Part shown: piece after piece, positions 1 to 9,333 of the stretch
How positions within the stretch are numbered: position 1 is the stretch's first letter
How the letters are laid out: each line of letters starts with the position of its first letter
Source: Verrucomicrobiota bacterium
GTDB taxonomy: Bacteria; Verrucomicrobiota; Lentisphaeria; Lentisphaerales; Lentisphaeraceae
NCBI GenBank assembly: GCA_039798785.1
Contig: JBDKFG010000079.1
Span: 1 to 27,570, forward strand
Direction of reading: 5' to 3'
DNA length: 27,570 nucleotides
Made by a program: the position numbers and the translations under genes
The notes under the pieces: generated by a model
What the model was told of the DNA's origin: nothing
The model's input: only the letters and a program-made list of their open reading frames with translations
Database searches by the model: none

Positions 1-139
1 CCATCACTGCGCCTGACCCCATCTTCCACCACCAAATCCGCTGCCCGGGAGATTGCCTAATGGAAGACAGTCTTGCGCAGAAAGGTGTAAAGAAACTTTC
101 CTGAGTATTTAAATCCATCAATGAGAAGGAGAAGCGGCG

Positions 140-2674
140 ATGAAGCCTGCGAGACTGCTGACGATGGGGGTTCTTTGCTTCTTGGGATCCTGCGGTCCCA
201 ATCTTGCACCTCCCGCGCATCCTGGTTCGGGCTCCAGCGCCGCGCCAGCCGAAGTCAAAGCCAAGATCGCCCTGATGGCGCCGGTCAGCGCGGCTCAAGC
301 CGATGCCGCCCTGCGGCGATTCCACGAAGCCGGCGCAGCGAGCAATTGGACTTACGGGCCCTCTCTGAAAAAGGCTTATATCGAGTCGATCCGGGCAAAA
401 ACCCTGGCCGAGTGCAGCACGCGCCAGCTCCTCCTGCCTCAGGCCTTCCTCGACTGGATCGACGGCGATCCGCAGGTCCAGGCCGCGGTCTACTGCAGCC
501 GCAAGGATCCGCTGCCTGTCCTCATCGGTCTGCGATCCCTCGAGATCGACCTGGGTGAACAGATCGTCCGCAAGGATTACACCCAGCTCGCCCTCGCCAC
601 CGCCATCAACGGCTCCTACCGCGGCTGGCAGAGCACTCCTCAAAGTCAGAACGACAGCCGCAACCTGAAAGGGGAGCCGGCTCTGGCCGACATCTCGCCA
701 CGGCCCTTGCTGAAACTGGAGATTCCCGGTGATCCCCGCGTCCGGATCGACACCAAGGATCCGAAGCGCCAGCTCGACCTCAACGACCACATCATCAACT
801 TCCTCGAAGACCACGCGGACATCGAGGTCGAGACCCTCGTTCGCGAGCTGCCGCCTCTCGAATATGACGAGCGTGGCGTCGCCAAGCCGCAGAAGAAAGC
901 GGTCGACGTCAAGAAGATGATCAGGCGCAAGCCTTACGCCGCCGACGTCCTCGCCTCCCGGGTCCTGCAGGAGGAGTTCAACTCTTACATGAAGGCGCAT
1001 GGGCAGACGATCAGCATCGATGCCGGCGACAAGGTGGTGCACTGGCATTCGCATGCCGGGGTCGAGAAGACGATGCGCAAGAAGATCGCCAGCGCCTTCG
1101 AGCTCTTCCGAGACGCCTACCGGGCCAAGGGCCGTCTGCCGCAGAGCCGCGACCGCGCCGCCACCCCGGCCGAAAACATGGCCTGGCTGATCCGCAACGA
1201 CCGGCATGTCTTCACCGCCGAGGAGCAGAAAAGCCGCAAGTGGCCGCGGTTTCCTCTCAATGCACCCTGGCCGGTGCTGATGATGCTCGCCGACGACGAC
1301 CAGCCCCTGCGCGAGCGGGAGGAGATCTGGATCAAGTTCCGCGATAAAGGCGAGATGCGAACCTACGGCGAATACATCGGCGCCATCGCCCAGCAGTTCG
1401 ACATGCAGTCGGCGCGTCGCCTGACGCCTTTCCCCTACTACTACGGCAGCATCGAAATGATGTGGAAGGATGGCGGCGTCTGCGGCACCATGGGCGCCAT
1501 CGGCTCGCGAACCAACCGCATCTGCGGCATCCCTTCCACCACCGCCGGCCAGCCCGGTCACTGCGCCCTGGTGATGATGACCCATGATCCCAAAACCGGT
1601 CTTTTCGCCTGCAAAGGCGGCCAGTACGCCACCGGGGGCGATGAAGTCACGACGGTCCACTACAATTGGAATTTCGACGAGACCACCGGCCGCCGCGGCA
1701 TGGTCTACCATCAGTCGATCGCCTGGGCGGTGAATCAGGGCCTGGATTCCTATCTCGACAGTCTTGCGCTGCTGCAGATCGTCCGCAATCTCCCTGAGGA
1801 TCCGCTAAACTCCAGGGCTTTGAGTCTCTTGGAGAAAGGTCTCGCTGTCCATCCCTATTCATTCGCTCTTGTCGACGCCGCCCAGTCCAGAGCTCTAGAT
1901 GCTGCGACGCATTTCCGTCTTTACGACAGCCTCGCCGCGTCTCTGGATGCGCTCGCCGCAAAACCGGACGCGCCGAAGACGGCGCTTTATCGCAAGAGGC
2001 TCAGGAGCCTGCTCTTCTCCAAGCTTGAAAAGTTGCCGCTCCCGCAGGAAAAGTCCGCATTGGCCGCCCAGCTCGCCCGTCTCGAAAAGGACGGCTGCGA
2101 CCATCCTTCGCTTCTCTGTCGCTACTGGGTTGCTCTTGAAGGCGAGTCAGGCCTGCTCAAGCGCAGCGGTGAAGCCGTGGCAAACTACCTCGCCGGTCCA
2201 CGGACGGATACAGCCGCGAGAATCATGAACTCGCAGATCAAGGCCTGGACAGCGGCTTTGTCTAGCAAGAGCAGCCGCAGTCAATGGGCCGCGGCCCAGC
2301 TCAAGGCTTTTTCCGGCAAGGAGCTCTACATCGAAAAAAACAAACTCTTTGTCGATCCCTCTGTCTCCTTGCTGGCCAAGACGGCGGGAGTCAAGAGCCC
2401 ATCGGCAGTCCAGATGCACAGCGCTCTGGCGCAGAGCCTGGAGCTGCGCTTGCAAGCCAGCGTGAAGGCACCGCGGACAGAAAAGGCCTGCAAGGACCTC
2501 GCCTCGGACATCCGCACCCTCGGAGCCGCAATCACCGACGCCGCTCTCCGAGCCGGCTGGAAAGCCAGGTTGGAGGCACTGATCAAAGGACAGGAGATCT
2601 TTGTCGCAGGAAACGGCAGGAAAGCCCGTAAGATCACCGATCCTTGCGTCGCCGCGATCCAGTCCATCCCCTGA
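140..2674 (+). CDS. Large predicted lipoprotein with a transglutaminase-like (Cys-His) motif, function unknown
   Basis: 844-aa ORF with GGAG upstream. Signal peptide ends in lipobox FLGS-C18. Central GGVCG...GIPS...PGHC motif. Two similar C-terminal repeat units. Confidence 0.6.
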   Translation: MKPARLLTMGVLCFLGSCGPNLAPPAHPGSGSSAAPAEVKAKIALMAPVSAAQADAALRRFHEAGAASNWTYGPSLKKAYIESIRAKTLAECSTRQLLLPQAFLDWIDGDPQVQAAVYCSRKDPLPVLIGLRSLEIDLGEQIVRKDYTQLALATAINGSYRGWQSTPQSQNDSRNLKGEPALADISPRPLLKLEIPGDPRVRIDTKDPKRQLDLNDHIINFLEDHADIEVETLVRELPPLEYDERGVAKPQKKAVDVKKMIRRKPYAADVLASRVLQEEFNSYMKAHGQTISIDAGDKVVHWHSHAGVEKTMRKKIASAFELFRDAYRAKGRLPQSRDRAATPAENMAWLIRNDRHVFTAEEQKSRKWPRFPLNAPWPVLMMLADDDQPLREREEIWIKFRDKGEMRTYGEYIGAIAQQFDMQSARRLTPFPYYYGSIEMMWKDGGVCGTMGAIGSRTNRICGIPSTTAGQPGHCALVMMTHDPKTGLFACKGGQYATGGDEVTTVHYNWNFDETTGRRGMVYHQSIAWAVNQGLDSYLDSLALLQIVRNLPEDPLNSRALSLLEKGLAVHPYSFALVDAAQSRALDAATHFRLYDSLAASLDALAAKPDAPKTALYRKRLRSLLFSKLEKLPLPQEKSALAAQLARLEKDGCDHPSLLCRYWVALEGESGLLKRSGEAVANYLAGPRTDTAARIMNSQIKAWTAALSSKSSRSQWAAAQLKAFSGKELYIEKNKLFVDPSVSLLAKTAGVKSPSAVQMHSALAQSLELRLQASVKAPRTEKACKDLASDIRTLGAAITDAALRAGWKARLEALIKGQEIFVAGNGRKARKITDPCVAAIQSIP

Positions 2675-5011
2675 TCAGAGATCTCCCGCGCAATCGAGGG
2701 GCAGGCTCGCCGGCAGCTGCGCCAGCTCCCTCGTCGATGTTGCCCTGCCGCTCCTATGCAGGACGAGGCGCCAGAGCTTTGGCGTCCAGCCCCCCGCCGT
2801 GCCGCTGATCCGGGTCTCCAGCCGCAGACTGGCACGGCTCCGCACCAGGTCGAATTCGTAAAGCTGGCCGCTGTATTCGAGGCTCAAGCCGTCGTCGAGA
2901 CGCAGGCGGCTGGACGTCCGCCCATCGGATTCCGGGAGATACAGATGCAGCTCGAGCACCGAGCGGTCGATTTGCGCCGTTGTCGCCGCCTCGGAAGACA
3001 TCGGCAGGACCGCGCCGGCTCGGACGTAAAGCGGCATCCGCTCCAGCGGCGCCGCGACGCTCAGGAATTGCGGGCCTTGCACCGCGGCGGCGCCATCCGC
3101 TTCGAAAGGCAGCCATTCGCCGGCGGGAAAATGCACCGGGCGGCAACTCGCCCCGGCCCTCAGCACCGGGGCGGCGAGAAGATGCGGTCCGAGCAGGAAC
3201 TGGTCGTCGACGCGGCGCAATTGCGGCTCGTCGCTGTGCCAGCTCAAGGGGCGCAGGATCGGCGCACCGCTGGCGTTCGCCTCCAGCGACAGGGAATAGA
3301 GCAGCGGCAGAAGGCGGTAGCGGAGCTTCAGGGCGCGGCGGACATGCGCAGCCACCGCGGCGCCGAAGCTCCAGGGGTATTGGTCGCGCTCGTCATCGTT
3401 GTGATTGCGGCAGAAGGGGTAGAGGGCGCCGAGCTGGGCCCAGCGGACGAAGAGCTCGGGTTGGGAGGGGCCGATGAAGCCTCCGATATCGGCGCCGACA
3501 TGCGGTTGACCGCTGAGCCCGAGTGCCAGGGCCATCCGCACCGACAAGGCGAGATGCTCCCAGTTGGAGACGTTGTCGCCCATCCAGTGGGCGCAGAGGC
3601 GCTGGATCCCGGGCGATCCGGCGCGCGACAGGATGAAGGGGCGTTCCCCAGGACGGGCGATCTGCAGGCCTTGGCGGGTCGCTTCGGCCATGAAGAGACC
3701 ATATTCGTTGTGGTGGCGCCAGTGCGGGATCTGGCCGCGGGCGCCGAAGCGCATCGCGGTGCAGTCGACCTGCCCGGTGGCCGGCTCGTTCATGTCGTTC
3801 CAGATGCCGTCGACTCCGTCGCGGGCGTGTCCGGCGATGCGGTCCGCCCACCAGTCGCGGCATTCGCCTCGGCTGAAGTCGGGGAAGGCGGTGCGGCCCG
3901 GCCAGACCTGGCCGATGAAGAGCGCGCCGTCTTCGGTGCGGCAAAGGAGATTGGCTTTCCGTGCTTCTTCGAAGAGTTCCCATCCGGTCTCGAGCTTGAC
4001 CCCCGGGTCAATGATGGTGACGAGGCGGAAGCCCAGCGCCTGCAGCTCCCGCTTCATCGCGGCGCGGTCCGGGAAAAGCTCGTCGTTCCAGGTGAAGACC
4101 CGGTAGCCGCGCATGTGGTCGATGTCGAGCCAGAGTGCGTCGCAGGGAATGTCCTCGGCGCGGAGTCGGCGGGCCAGGCTCAGCACCTCCTCCTGCGAAT
4201 AGGCCTTCCAGCGGCATTGATGGGCTCCGAGCGACCACAGGGGCTGCATGGCCGGCAGGCCGGTGAGACGGGCGTAGGCACCGACCAGCTCCGGCATCGT
4301 CTCCTGGGTGAAGAGATATTCGCAGTAGGCGCCCCCTTCGCCTTCGATGCGGCAGCGCCCGGCGCCTTTGCTGGCGCGGAAGGCGATCTTGAGACGCCCC
4401 GGGTGGTCGATGAAATGCGCCGAGGCCGGTCCCTTTTGCTGAAGCCGCAGCCAGAAGGGGATCGACAGGTAGTAGGGGTCGAAATCAGGCGAGGTAGGAT
4501 CGCCGGCGGGCTTCAAGGGGTCGGGCGAGAGGACGTCGGTGTTCCAGAACAGCCATTCGCGTCCGTTCCGGTCCCAAGGTCCGGCCTTCTCGCCGAGTCC
4601 GAGGATGGCGTCGGTGCCGTCGCTGCGGCGATCGCTGCACCAGTGGCCGTTGAGGAAGCGGAGGAAGTTGTGACCGCGGCTGTCGAGGAGGACGGCGCCG
4701 TCGCGGCGTCGTTTCGCCTCGATCGAGAAAACGCCGCGACCCAGCCGCACCTCCAGTTCGGGGCTGATCAGCAGGAGCGCGTCTTCAGTCTCTCGCAGGA
4801 CGAACTCCGGGGTCTCGAAGACTTGCGGAACCAAGGCTTCCGAAGGCCGTTCGAGGAAGATGCCGCCGACGCTGGCGCGCAAGCGCAAGAGGCCCGCTCC
4901 GAGGAAGTCGATGCCGAGCATCTCGAGCTCGCCGAAGAGGACGATCCCTTGGCTGGTGAGCTCCCAGTTCTGGAAGGAGAAGGCCGGGCTGAATTCTTCG
5001 TCGATCGGCAT
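2675..5011 (-). CDS. Glycoside hydrolase family 31 (alpha-glucosidase-like)
   Basis: WLDIDHM, GIWNDMNEP (catalytic nucleophile), WMGDN (acid/base), GADIGGF and FCRNH are GH31 motifs. Confidence 0.93.
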   Translation of the reverse strand: MPIDEEFSPAFSFQNWELTSQGIVLFGELEMLGIDFLGAGLLRLRASVGGIFLERPSEALVPQVFETPEFVLRETEDALLLISPELEVRLGRGVFSIEAKRRRDGAVLLDSRGHNFLRFLNGHWCSDRRSDGTDAILGLGEKAGPWDRNGREWLFWNTDVLSPDPLKPAGDPTSPDFDPYYLSIPFWLRLQQKGPASAHFIDHPGRLKIAFRASKGAGRCRIEGEGGAYCEYLFTQETMPELVGAYARLTGLPAMQPLWSLGAHQCRWKAYSQEEVLSLARRLRAEDIPCDALWLDIDHMRGYRVFTWNDELFPDRAAMKRELQALGFRLVTIIDPGVKLETGWELFEEARKANLLCRTEDGALFIGQVWPGRTAFPDFSRGECRDWWADRIAGHARDGVDGIWNDMNEPATGQVDCTAMRFGARGQIPHWRHHNEYGLFMAEATRQGLQIARPGERPFILSRAGSPGIQRLCAHWMGDNVSNWEHLALSVRMALALGLSGQPHVGADIGGFIGPSQPELFVRWAQLGALYPFCRNHNDDERDQYPWSFGAAVAAHVRRALKLRYRLLPLLYSLSLEANASGAPILRPLSWHSDEPQLRRVDDQFLLGPHLLAAPVLRAGASCRPVHFPAGEWLPFEADGAAAVQGPQFLSVAAPLERMPLYVRAGAVLPMSSEAATTAQIDRSVLELHLYLPESDGRTSSRLRLDDGLSLEYSGQLYEFDLVRSRASLRLETRISGTAGGWTPKLWRLVLHRSGRATSTRELAQLPASLPLDCAGDL

Positions 5012-5048
5012 GAAGACCTCGAAATGAAGGGTGAAGGATGAAGCGGAT

Positions 5049-5945
5049 TCAAGGCCGCGATTTTCTGGCCTGGATCCAACTGATGGCCATGATGGTGAAG
5101 GGCAGCAGGGCGGCGGAGAAAATCAGGGATTTTTCCGTTGTCTGAGCATCGAGGCCGCGGCGTTCGCCGAGAAGCGTGAGATCCTGGCTCAAGGCGCCTG
5201 AGGGGCAGAATCCGAGGATTTCGAGGATCTGCAGCAGGGGAATGGTCAAGCCCACGGCGAGCCAGAGGAATCTCGCAGGGAAAGGCGTCGGCGGCCCGTC
5301 GACCCGAAGGCCGGAGAGGAGGGCCGCCGCGGCGCAGGTCTGGCCTGCCAAGGCCGGCAGGGCCAGGCCGAAATCGAGCTCGAGATTGTGATGCAGGATC
5401 AGTGAGCCGGCGATCAGCCAGGCCAGGCCAGACCAACGTACCCAGGGCAGGTTGTGCCAGCGGATCACCAGGCCGACGACGAGCAGAAGATGCAGCATCA
5501 GGAGACCGGTCTGGGCCGCTCCGCCGGCGGGAAGCAGCCCTGGCTGCATCGCATCGACACGACCTGCTGCCAGCATGCCAAGGCAATGGGCGGCGTGATG
5601 CAGGGCGTCGGCGAGGATCCAGGCCTTGATCCGCCAGGATTCGATCGTCATCAAAAGCAGGATCGCAAGCAAGGCCAGAGGCGCCACCCAGGCCAGTTGC
5701 TTCACATGCCGTCGCCGGCGCAACAGCGCCGGCGCCTCCCCGACCCGGTTCCAGCCGCAACGGGGACAGTTCTGAGCTGCTGCTTCCAGCTTCGCGGAGC
5801 AGACCGGACAATCCTTGCTCCGCCGCGACGGCCCGTGCATCCCCGCCAGCGGCATGCTGGCACCGCAGTGACGACAGCTCGCCGATGTGGCGCCAGGCTT
5901 GATCTTGACGTTGCGGCCACAGGCGGGACAGCGGATCTTGAGCAT
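5049..5945 (-). CDS. Membrane protein with N-terminal double zinc ribbon
   Basis: Four CxxC motifs (CPAC, CRHC, CPVC, CPRC) followed by about 6 hydrophobic segments. GGAGG lies upstream of the ATG. Confidence 0.65.
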   Translation of the reverse strand: MLKIRCPACGRNVKIKPGATSASCRHCGASMPLAGMHGPSRRSKDCPVCSAKLEAAAQNCPRCGWNRVGEAPALLRRRRHVKQLAWVAPLALLAILLLMTIESWRIKAWILADALHHAAHCLGMLAAGRVDAMQPGLLPAGGAAQTGLLMLHLLLVVGLVIRWHNLPWVRWSGLAWLIAGSLILHHNLELDFGLALPALAGQTCAAAALLSGLRVDGPPTPFPARFLWLAVGLTIPLLQILEILGFCPSGALSQDLTLLGERRGLDAQTTEKSLIFSAALLPFTIMAISWIQARKSRP

Positions 5946-5973
5946 CTCGTCCTCCCGGGTTTCCTGAAGCGGT

Positions 5974-6669
5974 TTAAATCTGGCGGCTGAGAATCGGCGC
6001 GACGAAGACCGCCGGGCGGACGTAGATCGGCTCGAGCGCCTTTTCGAGTCCGAGATCGTCGGCGGCCAGCGCCTCCTGGGGGTCGAGCTCGAGTCCGGCG
6101 GCTTCCGGGCCGGTGACGAAGAGGATTCGCGCCACCAATTCCGGCGGCAGGGCGGCGAAGGCGGCCGGAGTCAAGCAGGTGGCGAAGAGGAAGTCCTCGC
6201 CGGGCGGCAGGAATTTTGCCAGATCCAGGGTCTTGATCACCTCGGCCGGCGCCGCGACCTGCCAGGTCTCGCCGGATTTTTCCAAGGGGTTGAGGATCAG
6301 CTCGTCGCGGCGGCCGTCATGGAGGACGCTCAGGCGTTTCAGGCCGGGATTCCGGCGCAAGGCCGCGGGCAGGAAGGCGAAGCCGCTGTTGACGCCGCGA
6401 AGACGGGCGCCGCTGATCAGCGCCACCCCCTTGGCGAAGGCGATGCCGACGCGGGTGCCGGTGAAGCTGCCGGGGCCGATCCCCAGATCCCACTGGCCGA
6501 TGTCGCGCACCGCGATTTTTTGCGGCGCCAGCAAGGCCTCCAGGACCCGCGGCACCGCCAAGGACACCGAGGTCGAGGCGTCGGCCTGTTCCTGGCCGAG
6601 GAGATGGCCGTCCCGGTAGAGCGCCGCATTGACGGTGAAGGCGGAAGTGTCGAGGCAGACTTTCAGCAT
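5974..6669 (-). CDS. tsaB: tRNA threonylcarbamoyladenosine biosynthesis protein TsaB
   Basis: Start reassigned to ATG 6669 (MLKVCLDTS). Carries GIGPGSFTGTRVG, HDGRRDE and C-terminal LEPIYVR motifs. Confidence 0.9.
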   Translation of the reverse strand: MLKVCLDTSAFTVNAALYRDGHLLGQEQADASTSVSLAVPRVLEALLAPQKIAVRDIGQWDLGIGPGSFTGTRVGIAFAKGVALISGARLRGVNSGFAFLPAALRRNPGLKRLSVLHDGRRDELILNPLEKSGETWQVAAPAEVIKTLDLAKFLPPGEDFLFATCLTPAAFAALPPELVARILFVTGPEAAGLELDPQEALAADDLGLEKALEPIYVRPAVFVAPILSRQI

Positions 6670-6839
6670 GAGGCTTCTGGGGGTTGATGGCTGCAAGTTA
6701 GCCAAGGCGGCGGGGAAGGCAAGAGGCCGGAGCTTCATCCCGCCTCTTTCCTGGGTTTCCCTGATTTCAGCTGTTTCCTCCGCGTGTTTCTCGGTTAACT
6801 TCAAGGGCACTCAATCCTCAGCCCAATCGATCTCTTACC

Positions 6840-9248
6840 ATGAAAACCGGCCTCCTCCTCATCCAGCTCGGCTCGCCCGATTCCCCCTCCGTCCCCGACG
6901 TCAAGAAATACCTCCGCCAGTTCCTCGGCGACAAACGCGTCGTCGACAACGGCGGGCCGATGTGGCCGCTGATCCTCAACCTCTTCATCCTGCCCTCGCG
7001 CAGCCCGAAGTCGGCCCACGCCTACGCTTCGATCTGGGACGGCCAGGACTTCCCCCTGATCAAGCACACCCGCGACTTCACCGAGGTGCTGCGGAACCGT
7101 CCCGAAATGGCCGGCATCCCCCTCGAAACCGGCTACATCATCGGCCGCCAAAGCGTCGCCCAGGCCTACAAGAAGCTGCTTGAGCAGGGCTGCACCAGGA
7201 TCCGCGTCATCCCGCTCTTCCCGCAGTTCTCCGAGACCACCACCCTGTCGTGCAAAGACTGCCTCGACGCCGCCATCGCCGAGCACGGCGCCGGCGCGAC
7301 GATCGACTTCGTCGAAGACTTCCACGCCGCTCCCGCCTACATCGATGCGCTCGCCGCAAAAATCGACGCGCAATTGGCGGAAAAACCCGCCGAACGCCTC
7401 GTCCTCTCCTTCCACGGCCTCCCCATCCGCCGCATCCGTTGCGGCGACCGCTACTTCGACCAGTGCGGCGCCACCGCCGCCCTGGTCCGCCAACGCCTCA
7501 AGAACATCGATCACGACCGTGTCATCCTCAGCTTCCAGAGCCGCTTCGGCCGCGAACGCTGGCTCGAACCTTCCACCGAGGAAACCCTCAAGAAACTCGC
7601 CGCCGAGGGGGTCAAAAAGGTCGCCATCGCCTGCCCCGCCTTCACCGCCGACAACCTCGAGACTCTCGAAGAAATCGGTATGGGCTTGAAGGAGATGTTC
7701 CTCGAACAGGCCGGTCCAGGCGCCAGCTACGACCTCGTCCCCTGCCTCAACTCCGATCCCGATTGGGTCGCCGGCTTCGCCCGCGACGTCGCCCTGCCGG
7801 CCGGCGGCACGGCGCATAGCCTGCCCCCCTGCGAGCTGCCGGACGGACTTCTCCTCGAGCAGGGCTGCTGCGCCGCCAAGACCCATTGCCCCGCCTGCCC
7901 CTACAAAGGCCAAAACAAACACCCTGACGGCTCGCTGTCGCCCTCGGATCGCAAGAACATCAAGGTCATCTTCCTCACTCTTTTTCTCGACCTGGTCGGC
8001 TTCGCCATCATCATCCCGCTCTTCCCGGCGATGCTCAAACACTACGAAGCCACCGAAGGCGCCGGGACGATCTTCCGCTGGCTGATGAACAGCCTCACCC
8101 AGCTCACCGGGGTCGACAGCCAGATGCAGAAGGCGGCGCTGCTTGGCGGCGCCCTTGGCGGCCTCTACTCCTTCCTGCAGTTCCTCCTGGCGCCGGTGAT
8201 CGGCTCGATCTCTGACCGGATCGGCCGCAAGAAGGTCCTCACCGTGTCGATCCTCCTCGGCGTCTTCGGTTACCTCATCTGGGGCTTCGCCGGCAGCTTC
8301 GCCCTGCTCCTGGTCTCCCGCATCCTCTGCGGCATTTCCGGCTCGAACATCTCCACCGCCACCGCCGCCGTCGCCGACATCACCTCGGCCAAGACCCGCT
8401 CCGTCGGCATGGCCAGCATCGGCATCGCCTTCGGCCTCGGCTTCACCTTCGGCCCCGCCATCGGCGCCCTCTCGGCGATGTGGGACCCGACCCAGACCTT
8501 CCCCGGCTTGGTTCAATACGGACTGAACCCCTTCTCGATCGCCGCCTTCGTCGCGATGGGACTGTCGCTCGTCAACCTCTACTGGGTCCGCACCCACTTC
8601 ACCGAGACCCTCTCCGACGAGAACCGCGGCAAGGCGCGAGAAGAGGCCCGCACCGTCAACCCGCTCAAGCTTTTCCACAGCGAGAGCTACCCCGGGGTCA
8701 CCGGTGCGATCTGGACCAACGCCCTCTTCCTGATCGCCTTTGGCGGCGCCGAGCAGATGCTGACCTTCCTCACCGACCAGCGTCTCGGCTACGGCCACGG
8801 CGCCAACGGCCTGATGTTCCTCTTCATCGGCCTGATGCTCTCCCTGGTGCAGGGCGGCTATGTCCGCCGCAAGGCCCCGATCGTCGGCGAGAAGAAGATG
8901 GCCTTCCGCGGCCTCGCCTTGCTCATCCCCTCGATGCTGCTGGTGGCGCTCGCCGGCCAATGGCAGAGCCAGGCCCTTTTGTATCTCGGCCTGACCTTCA
9001 TGGTCTTCGGCTCGGCCTTCACCATCCCCTGCATCACCGCGCTGTGCTCGATCTACACCCCGCCGCACGATCAGGGCCGGGTGATGGGGCACTTCCGCTC
9101 CCTCGGCGCCCTCGCCCGCGCCATCGGCCCGGCCGTCGCCGGCCTCGCCTTCTGCAAGTTCGGCTTCACCGGACCCTATTTGCTGGCGGCGCTGATGCTG
9201 CTGGTGCCGCTGTTTATTGTGAAGGGGCTGCCGGAGAGGGGGAAGTGA
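6840..9248 (+). CDS. hemH: Ferrochelatase fused to an MFS (TetA/DHA1-like) transporter
   Basis: aa ~1-320: LLLIQLGSP, SFHGLP, FQSRFG, WLEP, ADNLETLEEI, VPCLN. Then a Cys-rich linker. aa ~372-802: FLDLVGFAIIIP, motif A GSISDRIGRK, motif C FGLGFTFGPAIG, about 12 TM segments. Confidence 0.92.
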   Translation: MKTGLLLIQLGSPDSPSVPDVKKYLRQFLGDKRVVDNGGPMWPLILNLFILPSRSPKSAHAYASIWDGQDFPLIKHTRDFTEVLRNRPEMAGIPLETGYIIGRQSVAQAYKKLLEQGCTRIRVIPLFPQFSETTTLSCKDCLDAAIAEHGAGATIDFVEDFHAAPAYIDALAAKIDAQLAEKPAERLVLSFHGLPIRRIRCGDRYFDQCGATAALVRQRLKNIDHDRVILSFQSRFGRERWLEPSTEETLKKLAAEGVKKVAIACPAFTADNLETLEEIGMGLKEMFLEQAGPGASYDLVPCLNSDPDWVAGFARDVALPAGGTAHSLPPCELPDGLLLEQGCCAAKTHCPACPYKGQNKHPDGSLSPSDRKNIKVIFLTLFLDLVGFAIIIPLFPAMLKHYEATEGAGTIFRWLMNSLTQLTGVDSQMQKAALLGGALGGLYSFLQFLLAPVIGSISDRIGRKKVLTVSILLGVFGYLIWGFAGSFALLLVSRILCGISGSNISTATAAVADITSAKTRSVGMASIGIAFGLGFTFGPAIGALSAMWDPTQTFPGLVQYGLNPFSIAAFVAMGLSLVNLYWVRTHFTETLSDENRGKAREEARTVNPLKLFHSESYPGVTGAIWTNALFLIAFGGAEQMLTFLTDQRLGYGHGANGLMFLFIGLMLSLVQGGYVRRKAPIVGEKKMAFRGLALLIPSMLLVALAGQWQSQALLYLGLTFMVFGSAFTIPCITALCSIYTPPHDQGRVMGHFRSLGALARAIGPAVAGLAFCKFGFTGPYLLAALMLLVPLFIVKGLPERGK

Positions 9249-9296
9249 ACCCGCAGGATCGCGAACGCGGCCCACAAGATCGCCGCGAAGACGGGA

Positions 9297-9333
9297 AACA
9301 AGATCGGTCGGATCGGTCGGATCGGACCGATCT
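9297..9333. repeat. 9-bp-unit quasi-palindromic repeat (GATCGGTCG)n, copy 1
   Basis: AACA-AGATCGGTCGGATCGGTCGGATCGGACCGATCT. The 33-nt core matches 9948-9980 at 30/33 positions. Confidence 0.8.

Noticed and set aside
2756..5041. 761-aa plus-strand ORF
   Set aside because: Antisense shadow of the GH31 gene, expected with high GC3. No motifs.
8480..9244. N-terminal 255 aa of the 433-aa ORF 8480..9781
   Set aside because: Out-of-frame overlap with the MFS domain. Recognisable sequence begins only after GTG 9245.
6801..9275. 824-aa minus-strand ORF
   Set aside because: Antisense shadow of the hemH-MFS fusion.
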